DNA of 41,040 nt, from IMG/VR virus record IMGVR_UViG_3300033067_001218, positions 1 to 41,040 of that record, one strand, 5' to 3'. Origin of the DNA: a virus. Lineage: Duplodnaviria; Caudoviricetes. A model generated the notes under the pieces. It had not been told where the DNA came from, did no database searches, and saw only the letters and a program-made list of their open reading frames with translations. Position 1 is the stretch's first letter. Each line of letters opens with the position of its first letter. The translations under genes were made by a program, and so were the position numbers. Below, one piece after another: positions 16,183-25,115 of this stretch.

Positions 16183-16590
16183 CTACTCTGCCCACTTAAT
16201 ACTTATCTCGCCACTTTGTTCCGTCTCTACCTTGTCTCTAAACGCTAGAGGAAAGTTGTTTTTCATGCTAAATATCACACCGCTAGGATTCTTTGCATTC
16301 CATAGTGTTTCCTCTGCGTATCTCATTACTTTTTGCTTTGCGCGTGTAACCGTGTCTCCATACAATTCCTTCTTTTGATAATCTAGCAATGTTTCTCTAC
16401 TAATTTCGAGTTCGTAAGCTAGGCCTGATATTGTGTACGGTCGTTTTTCTTCGTCACACTTTTTGAAATACTCATTTATTTTTTCTTGTAGTATTTCTGG
16501 TGTTTTAAATTTCAGTGGTTGCCCGTTAGGGTTCGGGAAGACGCCTTTTTTCTTTTGTGGTTCTTGCGTGTTGTTATTATCGTCTGTCAT
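16183..16590 (-). CDS. terS: Terminase small subunit (gp3 DNA-packaging family)
   Basis: GQPLKFKTPEILQEKINEYF...PYTISGLAYELEISRETLLDY...GVIFSMKNNF..RDKVE; ATG at 16590. Confidence 0.9.
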   Translation of the reverse strand: MTDDNNNTQEPQKKKGVFPNPNGQPLKFKTPEILQEKINEYFKKCDEEKRPYTISGLAYELEISRETLLDYQKKELYGDTVTRAKQKVMRYAEETLWNAKNPSGVIFSMKNNFPLAFRDKVETEQSGEISIKWAE

Positions 16591-17023
16591 AAGGTAGATG
16601 TTAGTTGATACGTTTATATTGTAGAGTTTTCTGTATGGAAAGGAAGAGGAGACTGTACGAGAAACAATCAAAGTGTTTAGTTTTGTGAGTAGTTGTAGTT
16701 GTTTCTGTGTTGCTCCCCTTATCAGGGGAAGGCCTAAACCCGGCAGGAAGGAAGTAAATAGAGTGTAGTTATGTGATTTTCTTGTGCAAGTAGGATATGT
16801 ATGGTATGAGGCTGTATACTGGCTCTGGGAGTGTAGAAGATTTTTAAAAAAAGTGTGCTTTGGGTATTGCTTTTTTAGAACTGTCACGCACTACTCTGCA
16901 TATACTGTCAAGAAACATGCATATACGGGCATACCTTACCTAGTATTCAATGCTGAACTGTAGAGCGTTTCCTATACGACAAGACTATGTACGGAAGAAA
17001 AATAAGTTTTTATACATTTTCTC

Positions 17024-17052
17024 TTGTGTATGTAGTATATGTATGCTATTAT
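17024..17052 (+). promoter_or_regulatory. Sigma70-like promoter of the second plus-strand cassette
   Basis: TTGTGT-N17-TATTAT with TGn extension; shares the 16-mer found at 10244. Confidence 0.62.
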
Positions 17053-17090
17053 AATGACGTCAAAAGGATTACATTTTAACAACCAAACCT

Positions 17091-17492
17091 ATGACAAACA
17101 CTATGCAAAATTCAAAAGAGCTCAATTTCTCTTATGATTTTATTTCTCAGAATCCCGACAGCAAAGAGGCTAGAATACAAGAAAGAGTAAAGAATAATCT
17201 TATTGTGCAAAACTCATTAGTAGATCTTCTTTTCTCAAAAGAGATTTTACAATGGGATGAACTACAAAACGCATACGAAACAGAAGAAGGGCAAGAGGAA
17301 GAGTTAAAGGAAATATTTACATGGTATGCTTTCGCTGCTGATAGCTTAGACATTGCTCATTTGCAAGCGTCAGACATTCCATTTATATCTAATGAGTACG
17401 GAACGTGGATAGGAAGAGAAGATTGTGGAAGTGCTTGGGATCTCTATTTTTTGCCTTTTCTTTGTGATGCACTTTATAACACCGCTATTTAA
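17091..17492 (+). CDS. Acidic hypothetical early protein
   Basis: 133 aa, first gene after the promoter. Confidence 0.75.
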   Translation: MTNTMQNSKELNFSYDFISQNPDSKEARIQERVKNNLIVQNSLVDLLFSKEILQWDELQNAYETEEGQEEELKEIFTWYAFAADSLDIAHLQASDIPFISNEYGTWIGREDCGSAWDLYFLPFLCDALYNTAI

Positions 17493-17624
17493 TTATGCTC
17501 ACACTACTCATTTCTACATTTTTCTTCCTTCAAACGAACTGCATACAGTTTGAGGACAACTCTTTCCTTTGTGGGAAAGACGTAATCACTACTTATTACA
17601 AATAATTACTTACTACAAAACAAC

Positions 17625-17909
17625 ATGAAAACAATTGAAAAGACTGAATATATAACGTCTTCACGTAGTTACGACATTTACAGTGATGGTATGATTTTAT
17701 TCAACTACGACGGGCTTTACTTCAGCGTCTACGAAAACATAACTAACTTTGTAAACGACGTACACGGCGAAAGCAGACTAAAATGTTATGCAAATGAATA
17801 TGCAGCCGAAAACTTCATACAAAACTATACGATCAATGAGCCTTACTATACCCCGTTTGATTCTCAAGTGAACGAGGAAGGAGAGACAGAGGAATATTTA
17901 TCTGTTTAA
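17625..17909 (+). CDS. Acidic/aromatic hypothetical protein
   Basis: 94 aa ORF. Confidence 0.7.
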   Translation: MKTIEKTEYITSSRSYDIYSDGMILFNYDGLYFSVYENITNFVNDVHGESRLKCYANEYAAENFIQNYTINEPYYTPFDSQVNEEGETEEYLSV

Positions 17910-17927
17910 TTTATTACTTACAAAACT

Positions 17928-18122
17928 ATGAAAACCGCAACAATCCCTGTTTCTGTACAGTATGAATACGCTTACTATACTTTAGAAGATACCGAAACTG
18001 AAGATACACTAGGGGTGTACACCAGTTTAGATAAAGCAACAATGGCGCAACACTACCTAGAACAAGACGACCTCTATTGTGAACGCTTTAAAGATGGGAA
18101 ATATATAATCATCAAACATTAA
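17928..18122 (+). CDS. Hypothetical protein
   Basis: 64 aa, LGVYTSLDKA motif. Confidence 0.68.
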   Translation: MKTATIPVSVQYEYAYYTLEDTETEDTLGVYTSLDKATMAQHYLEQDDLYCERFKDGKYIIIKH

Positions 18123-18366
18123 AACATGAAAGACCACCCATATATCGCAGGAATACTACTTGCTACAATAGCATACTACTTATTTATTTCACTTTACACA
18201 CTATGAACAACGACGACAAAAAAACAAGCACACTACAACTACTTATTACCGAATGCAGAGACCACGCAATAACTAAAGAAAAGTTAGAAGAGACAGAACA
18301 AGAACGTGACATGTACAAAGAACAAGTGACTGCTTTATATACCGAATTACAAAACTATAAATAACT

Positions 18367-18753
18367 ATGAAAAACAATAAAGACCACTGGAGTAGATGGA
18401 AGCGAAAACAATTTCTAACTTTGCCATCTCGTGAATACTGGAATAGTAAAGAATTGCCTTTTGATAGTTTAGTATTACTACCAACGAAAAGAAAACATAA
18501 TTCGGGGTATATGATGATGGATATTGTAGGGATAAGAGACAATCAACCCGTACTATTACTTTCGGGCTGTTCAGACGTGATACATTTAGACGGAACAGGA
18601 GGAAGAGAATCGCTTGAATTACGATCAAAGAATATATGCATAGATATGCTTTACCCTAGCGGGCTTTTGCGTATATTTTCCTATAATTATCAAATTACAG
18701 CGTCGGCGGCACTTTCAAGCTTTGAAATATTCTTTGTAAATAAATATAAATAA
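18367..18753 (+). CDS. Hypothetical protein
   Basis: 128 aa, FDSLVLLPTKRKHNSGY...GCSDVIHLDG. Confidence 0.75.
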   Translation: MKNNKDHWSRWKRKQFLTLPSREYWNSKELPFDSLVLLPTKRKHNSGYMMMDIVGIRDNQPVLLLSGCSDVIHLDGTGGRESLELRSKNICIDMLYPSGLLRIFSYNYQITASAALSSFEIFFVNKYK

Positions 18754-18755
18754 CT

Positions 18756-19094
18756 ATGCCTCAAGATTTTAAAAAATACGTCGACCCGTCGCAAGATGGG
18801 AGGCGTAAATTACTACCTGAACAATATGAAGACGTACGAGAACATTATAAACTCTCACAATCACAAAGAAAGACAGCCAAACACTTCGGAGTGTCACGCC
18901 GCCTTGTTCAGTTTATTACTTGCCCCGAAAAACTCAAAGCATTACAAGACAGACAAAGAGAGAATGAACACTGGAAAGAATACTACAACAAAGAAGAACA
19001 CACAAAAGCAATAAAGAAGTATAGAGACAAGAAAAAATCACTAGGCTTACAATTTAACCCGAACGCAAAACATGAATCAATACCAACCGCCTAA
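18756..19094 (+). CDS. Helix-turn-helix DNA-binding protein
   Basis: SQRKTAKHFGVSRRLVQFI HTH pattern; basic C-terminus. Confidence 0.72.
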   Translation: MPQDFKKYVDPSQDGRRKLLPEQYEDVREHYKLSQSQRKTAKHFGVSRRLVQFITCPEKLKALQDRQRENEHWKEYYNKEEHTKAIKKYRDKKKSLGLQFNPNAKHESIPTA

Positions 19095-19353
19095 AATAAA
19101 ACTTTGTAGATTGTGCGGAAAAGACTTTTTTTCGTTTAAAGCACCTACAGAAAGACTTTATTGCAGTAAAGAATGCTCAAGCGAGATGATACGACGTGCA
19201 AATCGTGAAAATATGGCACGTGTTCGCCTTGTGAACCACATTAGTATTCGTAACCTTGCAAAGTACCTTACTACACTTGCTGACGATTTAGAGCGAAAAC
19301 AGGAGCAAATTTCTAGACGTGCCATTCACAAACATATTTCCGAACAGTTTTAG
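19072..19353 (+). CDS. Zinc-finger protein
   Basis: CRLCGKDF...YCSKEC. Confidence 0.68.
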   Translation: MNQYQPPKIKLCRLCGKDFFSFKAPTERLYCSKECSSEMIRRANRENMARVRLVNHISIRNLAKYLTTLADDLERKQEQISRRAIHKHISEQF

Positions 19354-19415
19354 TGCAAAAACCTTCTACCACCGTTCATCTTGTGTCGGCTGAAGTAAAA
19401 TGGTTTTAGGATACA

Positions 19416-19451
19416 CAAAAACAGCACTCAAATAATGAAATGCTGTTTTTG
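19416..19451. terminator. Bidirectional intrinsic terminator
   Basis: CAAAAACAGCA...TGCTGTTTTTG between convergent genes. Confidence 0.75.
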
Positions 19452-19460
19452 TTTTGGATT

Positions 19461-20024
19461 TTAATCTTTCTTCACTGGAGTAATTTTACCGATTCTCTTT
19501 AATACGGTCAATCCATTATTATTCGGACGGTACGCAAAATGCTCCCATTGTCCTTCGCTATTTGCAGTAAACTCATGTATCGCTCTACAAATTCCTTCTG
19601 TTCCATCCTCTCCATGTTCTCCAAATGTATTGGTATCGTGAAACGCAATATAGTTCTTTGCTTTATTTCCATGTTTCGCTAGCTCTACTTTGAGTTGAGC
19701 GTAGGTATGAAGCGTATCAATAAACAATACGTCACACTCCGGAATATCTACCTCTCTAGAATCACCGTCAATAAATGTAAGTTTTGTGACATTTGGTAAC
19801 GCAGAAAGTCTTTTCTTTGTATCTGCATCGTGATTTGAATCAACACAAATAAGTTTCTTTGGTTCTGCATATAAGAATGCAATAGTGCTTACACCGTATC
19901 TCGTACCTAGTTCCACGATCGTTTTTGATCCTCGTGAGAGGTCTGCCAAATACTCCAAATGCTCATTGATATCAGTGGGATGCGCAATACTTGCCCGAAA
20001 AGATGTGCGTAATTGTTCGTTCAT
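19461..20024 (-). CDS. Class I SAM-dependent methyltransferase (Methyltransf_24-like)
   Basis: IVELGTRYGVST, DVLFIDTLHTY, IAFHDT, NNNGL. Confidence 0.85.
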   Translation of the reverse strand: MNEQLRTSFRASIAHPTDINEHLEYLADLSRGSKTIVELGTRYGVSTIAFLYAEPKKLICVDSNHDADTKKRLSALPNVTKLTFIDGDSREVDIPECDVLFIDTLHTYAQLKVELAKHGNKAKNYIAFHDTNTFGEHGEDGTEGICRAIHEFTANSEGQWEHFAYRPNNNGLTVLKRIGKITPVKKD

Positions 20025-20042
20025 AGTAAGAAGTGAGATGAA

Positions 20043-20747
20043 TTAGATAGTTTCAACATTATCATATGTATACCCTTCTGGTATATTTTGGAACAAAGTA
20101 GAATGTGTCTGCTCCGGCATTCCATCAGTATAATAATACAGCGCTATACTTTTTCGAGTAGTACCACTTGGGCAAGTAAGGGGGTGCGGATGTCCATGAT
20201 AGCTAATAGAATCAGTCTGAAATAAGACCATACGTCCTAGTATTGGATTTATCTTTGCAAAACAAGCACTCATATCTTTTTGCCACAACTCTAGCTGACC
20301 TCCCCATTCTTCTTTCCAGTTCTCATTAAGAAAGAGAAGTAAGTTAAGCCTACGTGTTTTTTGTAAGTTTGGATGAAAATTAAAATCTGCATGTATATCT
20401 AGCTTTCCTCCTTTTTCAATCATGTGTAGACCTCCCCCCATTAGTCCGTAGTCTGGATAAAGCTTCTCTCCTGTTATTTCTTCAAGTTGCTTGAGAAATA
20501 CTGGGCTATTTAACATATGAATTACGTCTAGGATACTTGGATGGATATTATCTATTTGTTCATATGCAAGTTTTTTTTCTCTTGAATTGCTGAATTGGTG
20601 CCATCCATAGTCGTTACTTGTAGGGAATAACCGTGCAAGTATTTGTGCTTTTTGCTTCGGAATAAAGTTATCTACTACAATATGCGGGAATACTTTTGCG
20701 TGTTGCCATTGATTTTTCCAGTAGGCAATCGGAAGTGTTGGTACCAT
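20043..20747 (-). CDS. 2OG-Fe(II) oxygenase (prolyl-hydroxylase-like)
   Basis: LDIHADFN (HxD), WGGQLELW, SYHGHP, RKSIALYYY. Confidence 0.9.
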   Translation of the reverse strand: MVPTLPIAYWKNQWQHAKVFPHIVVDNFIPKQKAQILARLFPTSNDYGWHQFSNSREKKLAYEQIDNIHPSILDVIHMLNSPVFLKQLEEITGEKLYPDYGLMGGGLHMIEKGGKLDIHADFNFHPNLQKTRRLNLLLFLNENWKEEWGGQLELWQKDMSACFAKINPILGRMVLFQTDSISYHGHPHPLTCPSGTTRKSIALYYYTDGMPEQTHSTLFQNIPEGYTYDNVETI

Positions 20748-20765
20748 AGAAAGAAAAAAATAATA

Positions 20766-22604
20766 CTATCCTCTGCGTAGTCCCGGAACAAGATGAGGGT
20801 AGTTTGTGGAGATAAATAATTCAAAATCTACTGGCATGGAAGTCATATGTCCAAGAGGGATGGTTGGATCTACAATAATATGATGACCTTTCTCTTTTGC
20901 ACGTGTTAAAAAGTACATATCCTCTCCCATATCTTTATTGTACTCAAACCACGGTGCTGTGACATCTTCAAATACTTTATTATTGATAAGTATACAACCT
21001 GTTCCTGTCATTCCAACTTCAAACGGTCGATCCATAGGCCACGGATAAAGAACGGCATGATGTTTCCCATCTCCTCCTCTCTCTGCATAAATACATGGAA
21101 CAAATGGAGGTTTCTTTGTGTATGCTATTGCTCCACAAATAGCTAATTTCCTAGCACGCAATCTGTTCAGTGTATCTGGTGCAAAGATATGATCTGAATC
21201 AATAAACCACACCCAATTACCTTCTCTATTTTCGACTATTTCGTTTCGTGCATCTGATATTTCTTTACAAATAGGCATCACAAGTTTCATTTCTTCTTGC
21301 TTGTTGATAAGCACACCTGCCAGTGATGCAACAAATTCATAATGTACATTTTCCATCATAGGAACGCCAATAGTACCGAATGGATTTTTTGGCTCGTCTA
21401 TCATTGGAAGAAACCCATCTTTATAACTCGTGAAGAATCCAATATCCTCTCCTATTACTTTATAGTTAACTTTTGCTTCTTGCAATTTCTCTTCTACGTG
21501 CTTCCACAAACCTTTTTTATCATACATTACTACCGGGAACTCTAGTTGATCTATTGCTTTTTTAGTTATGTACATTGCCGCTATGTCTTTCCCACCTTCT
21601 TGGAGAAAAACAACACACTCCTCATTCATTGCTTGAATTGATTCGAGTATATCACTACTGAATACATGCTTAGAATCGATTAAGAGTATCCATTCTCCCT
21701 TCATATTCTCCAACGCCTTGTTCCAAGCAGCAGGTATGAAATTATTCTTCATAGCGTATTGATACAACCACTGTTTCTGAGTGTTTAGCATATGGAAGTA
21801 GCAGTAGGCAAACTCAGAAGGAACCATTTCACCACCCGTAAATGCTACTGTACCGTTGTATATTTCAATATTGAATATCTTATCTATCACTTCATTACCC
21901 CATTTTGCTACAAGCAACTTATGTTTCGTATCTAAATCTTTTGCATAGGCTTCTGTATTATGTAGTAGCTCATAACTTGCAGACCCGACATGATACACGT
22001 AGACATCTCGTGCAATACCTAAATGCCATCCTGCTTGAACAATTCTAATAGAGTAATCAATATCTTCGCTAAACCCAAGACCAAAACGCACGTCTAACAT
22101 TCCAATTTCTTTCACTATAGATGCACGTACCATCATAAAGAACCCAATAAGGTATCTATCGGTGATCTGCAATCCATTTCCAAATCTATCGTTTAATTTT
22201 GCTTGTTGTAATCCGGCTACAGCGTCCGAAACTGGGCCAATGGCACCTAACTTCTCATTCTCATCGAAATGCTTCTCAAGTGATTCTAACCAGTTATTTT
22301 CAACTGCTATATCTGAATTTCCAAAAATAATATAATCGCTTTGTAATTCTTTATTTTCCAAGCGCATCAATCCTGTATTAATACCACCTAAGTATCCCAT
22401 ATTCTTAGGATTCGTGATGACTATGAGGTTTTTATAGAGCTTCTTTGCTGTCTCTAAATACTTTTTTGTTTTTCCGTCTGAGTCATTATCTACACAAATA
22501 ATGCGCAACTTGTCTTTGTCTGTATATTGAGCAAGTGATTCTAAACATGTTTTTAATACGTCGTGCCGGTTCCATACGGGAATTATCAGTGTAGTGAGAG
22601 CCAT
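20766..22604 (-). CDS. Multi-domain glycosyltransferase family 2 protein
   Basis: N-terminal GT2 (LIIPVWN, VDNDS, NSD, EDIDYS); C-terminal GT-A (ARNEIV, FIDSD, GTGCILI, GEDMYF); degenerate middle copy. Confidence 0.88.
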   Translation of the reverse strand: MALTTLIIPVWNRHDVLKTCLESLAQYTDKDKLRIICVDNDSDGKTKKYLETAKKLYKNLIVITNPKNMGYLGGINTGLMRLENKELQSDYIIFGNSDIAVENNWLESLEKHFDENEKLGAIGPVSDAVAGLQQAKLNDRFGNGLQITDRYLIGFFMMVRASIVKEIGMLDVRFGLGFSEDIDYSIRIVQAGWHLGIARDVYVYHVGSASYELLHNTEAYAKDLDTKHKLLVAKWGNEVIDKIFNIEIYNGTVAFTGGEMVPSEFAYCYFHMLNTQKQWLYQYAMKNNFIPAAWNKALENMKGEWILLIDSKHVFSSDILESIQAMNEECVVFLQEGGKDIAAMYITKKAIDQLEFPVVMYDKKGLWKHVEEKLQEAKVNYKVIGEDIGFFTSYKDGFLPMIDEPKNPFGTIGVPMMENVHYEFVASLAGVLINKQEEMKLVMPICKEISDARNEIVENREGNWVWFIDSDHIFAPDTLNRLRARKLAICGAIAYTKKPPFVPCIYAERGGDGKHHAVLYPWPMDRPFEVGMTGTGCILINNKVFEDVTAPWFEYNKDMGEDMYFLTRAKEKGHHIIVDPTIPLGHMTSMPVDFELFISTNYPHLVPGLRRG

Positions 22605-22966
22605 TATTCATTTGAATAGAGAAATACAGTAACTTTTGGTTCACTTGTGACAATGAACACATCTTCAAACCCAACCACTTGAGCCATCCCATCATTTTCG
22701 ATCATACCGCCTTCTTTCATACCATCCAAAATAAACTTCTTTGCAAAAGCTACATTATCGGGATCTTTTTTCTTATTTTTCACATACCAAACGACCTTGA
22801 GTTTAAAAGGAACGTCAACTTTCGTAAGTTGTTTTGTAATCCACGCTATACTTTCCGTCTGTTCCTTTTTTATTTTTGCAGCCTTGAATCGATTAGTACG
22901 TTCAGCATTGATATAAGTATTCAAATCACATAACTCAAAAGGAATTGTGAATTGAGTTATAATCAT
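22604..22966 (-). CDS. rusA: RusA-family Holliday junction resolvase
   Basis: DPDNVAFAKKFILDGMKEGGMIEND. Confidence 0.82.
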   Translation of the reverse strand: MIITQFTIPFELCDLNTYINAERTNRFKAAKIKKEQTESIAWITKQLTKVDVPFKLKVVWYVKNKKKDPDNVAFAKKFILDGMKEGGMIENDGMAQVVGFEDVFIVTSEPKVTVFLYSNE

Positions 22967-23139
22967 TGTACTTTTCGTTTATCAATCTCTTCCTGCATTT
23001 TTTCACTCACCCATTTTGATACACTGATTCTATCTTTGAAAAGTATATTTCTCATTTCTTGAAATATATCATTCTTTATATAGAGAGATTTCTTATCTTG
23101 TGGATGTAGTTTGTCTTCCTCGTCTTTTCTTTTTCCCAT
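22963..23139 (-). CDS. Putative ribbon-helix-helix regulator
   Basis: KKSLYIKNDIFQEMR...ISVSKWVSEKMQE pattern. Confidence 0.55.
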   Translation of the reverse strand: MGKRKDEEDKLHPQDKKSLYIKNDIFQEMRNILFKDRISVSKWVSEKMQEEIDKRKVQ

Positions 23140-23199
23140 AATTGTAGTTATAAAATACACACATATAATACACGTACTTCATATATAGTAAATACTTTT

Positions 23200-23379
23200 T
23201 TAGTCTTTCGAGTAATATCCGCTGCCTTTCAGTTGGAAAGATACTCTTGATATACGTTTCTGTACCTTAGTAGATTTACAGGTAGGACAACTAGTTGCTT
23301 CTTTCTTTTCGGAAGTTTGTAGATGCACCACCTCAAATCTATGATGACATTCTTCACATTCAAATTCGTATATTGGCAT
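23200..23379 (-). CDS. FmdB-family zinc-ribbon protein (not in ORF track)
   Basis: 59 aa MPIYEFECEECHHRFE...CPTCKS...FQLKGSGYYSKD. Confidence 0.85.
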   Translation of the reverse strand: MPIYEFECEECHHRFEVVHLQTSEKKEATSCPTCKSTKVQKRISRVSFQLKGSGYYSKD

Positions 23380-23518
23380 ACATACTAGTAATAAAAGGAA
23401 TTATCTCGAAATGTCTTACATAACTGTATACGAAACCATCGTATGCGTTTTCTCTGCTCTCCTTTGAAATTATAATAGAGCGTGAATAGCTCTAGTGCTG
23501 ACATATTTAATGTTGGGT

Positions 23519-24049
23519 TCATAGTATGTTAGGTTTCTTAGCAATTAAAACAGTATCCTTCCACTGATTCCCCTCATCCTCTTCTCCCGGCTCATCCCAA
23601 CAGGAATAGCATTCTAGTACTTCAAGACCTACATATTCCGCTAATGCTCTCATACCATCGGGAAGGAAGCGGTAGCAGTCTATAGGGTACCTATGAATAG
23701 CTCCAGATCCGGGAACAATAATACAAACAAGACCTTCAGTAGTAAGGTGAAACTTAATTTCCTCCATAACCTCCCAAGGTCTCGCAGTATGTTCAAGGCA
23801 TTGTCCAGAAACAATAACATCAAACTGTTTATCTCTAAAATTCCAGTGATATGGATCTTTTACTACATAGTCGACATTTTCACCATCTTCAATATCAAGT
23901 CCAGCATAACTACAATTTCTCTCAGCAAAGAGAGGCTTGTACGATCCATTCACATCCATAGATCCAACATCCAGCACAGAGAGTTTGTCTCTACTTGGAA
24001 GGTAGTTATCCACGAATCGCTTCATGTGTTTGTAGGAAAGTTTATGCAT
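23519..24049 (-). CDS. Class I SAM-dependent methyltransferase (Methyltransf_11-like)
   Basis: VLDVGSMDVNG, FDVIVSGQCLEH, HRYPIDCYRF. Confidence 0.88.
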   Translation of the reverse strand: MHKLSYKHMKRFVDNYLPSRDKLSVLDVGSMDVNGSYKPLFAERNCSYAGLDIEDGENVDYVVKDPYHWNFRDKQFDVIVSGQCLEHTARPWEVMEEIKFHLTTEGLVCIIVPGSGAIHRYPIDCYRFLPDGMRALAEYVGLEVLECYSCWDEPGEEDEGNQWKDTVLIAKKPNIL

Positions 24050-24075
24050 AGTTTTGTTAGTTAAGATACGTGCGT

Positions 24076-24104
24076 AGTATACATGGACTACACAAATAAA
24101 TCAA
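24076..24104 (-). promoter_or_regulatory. Sigma70-like promoter
   Basis: TTGATT-N17-TATACT upstream of the methyltransferase. Confidence 0.65.
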
Positions 24105-24108
24105 GAGA

Positions 24109-24330
24109 TTACTCAACTTCTTTAAGTGAAAGTACATACTTCTTTTTCTGATACTCAAGAATTATATCTTGTAGCATCATAGTTTTTAGTGCTTCATTCG
24201 TAATATAGAAACCCGGTCGTAATGTATCTCCACGAACAACAAAAGGATTTTGTGTACCTTGCCTCTTTCGTTGCCTCTCACGCTCTTTAATCTCATTTAG
24301 ATTATGTAAGATGTCGGATACTTGTTTCAT
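24109..24330 (-). CDS. Hypothetical protein
   Basis: 73 aa ORF in operon. Confidence 0.62.
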   Translation of the reverse strand: MKQVSDILHNLNEIKERERQRKRQGTQNPFVVRGDTLRPGFYITNEALKTMMLQDIILEYQKKKYVLSLKEVE

Positions 24331-24336
24331 GTTTTG

Positions 24337-24621
24337 TTAGTTAATATTTTGGCTAAAAGCTGACTGTTTTACTGATCTAATTGTATTCCAAAACTCTAAT
24401 GAATAAACTGGAAGGTCATTTTCCCAATATCTTTTTGAAAGGTCTAATAACTCTTTTGTTTTCTTAAACACTACCTGCACCCTTTTTGGCTCCGTTGTAT
24501 CGTAGGAAACGATATCTTGACCGTAGATAACAAGAGATGCTACTAATCCAAAATCTCTTGCGTAGTACATTGTAGGGTCTTGATTTTCATATTTCTCTCT
24601 TCTGTTGTGATAATCTGTCAT
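24337..24621 (-). CDS. DUF5659-like protein
   Basis: YYARDFGLVASL...VVFKKT..L....YW...L.V....F...IRSVK pattern, recalled from memory. Confidence 0.6.
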   Translation of the reverse strand: MTDYHNRREKYENQDPTMYYARDFGLVASLVIYGQDIVSYDTTEPKRVQVVFKKTKELLDLSKRYWENDLPVYSLEFWNTIRSVKQSAFSQNIN

Positions 24622-24645
24622 AGTAATAGTAAAAATATAAGTAAA

Positions 24646-24840
24646 TTAAAAGTATAATTCAGGCGTTGGAGATTGATCTATTCTCTTCTTTTGCTCTTCA
24701 ATTATATTACATATCTCTTTTTCATACCATGTATCAAAGTCTTCCTGTGAAAGACTATTTTCCCAAACTAAATATAGTACACTTCGGAGTTTTTGAGACG
24801 GTGATTTAGGTTTCTTTTCTTTCATAACAATATTAAACAA
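24646..24840 (-). CDS. Hypothetical protein
   Basis: KSPSQKLRSVLYLVWE. Confidence 0.62.
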   Translation of the reverse strand: MFNIVMKEKKPKSPSQKLRSVLYLVWENSLSQEDFDTWYEKEICNIIEEQKKRIDQSPTPELYF

Positions 24841-24863
24841 TTATATAGTAATTTTCATGTTTT

Positions 24864-25115
24864 TTATTCACAGTTTTCACATCTGTGTATGATTTTAAGA
24901 AACTTACGTTTACGAACCTGCAAAACTTTAGGGCTATGACTGAAAGTTATATCTTGCGTTATGGTAAGTATTTTTTCCCCATCAAATGTAATTCCTCTAC
25001 TTGCCATAAGTCTTTTAGCTTCCGAAACAGATTTAACCATATTTCTTTCTAACATAATTTTTACTAAAGATAATGCTTTTAATTCTACTATTTTGTGTAC
25101 TTCTTTTTCTTTCAT
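24864..25115 (-). CDS. Stand-alone S4 RNA-binding domain, TyrRS C-terminal type
   Basis: LVKIMLERNMVKSVSEAKRLMASRGITFDGEKI...VLQVRKRKFLKI. Confidence 0.8.
   Translation of the reverse strand: MKEKEVHKIVELKALSLVKIMLERNMVKSVSEAKRLMASRGITFDGEKILTITQDITFSHSPKVLQVRKRKFLKIIHRCENCE

Noticed and set aside
16591-16887. 99 aa N-terminal extension of TerS in the ORF track
   Set aside because: Low-complexity skewed sequence from a GTG start; the family-like sequence begins at the ATG at 16590
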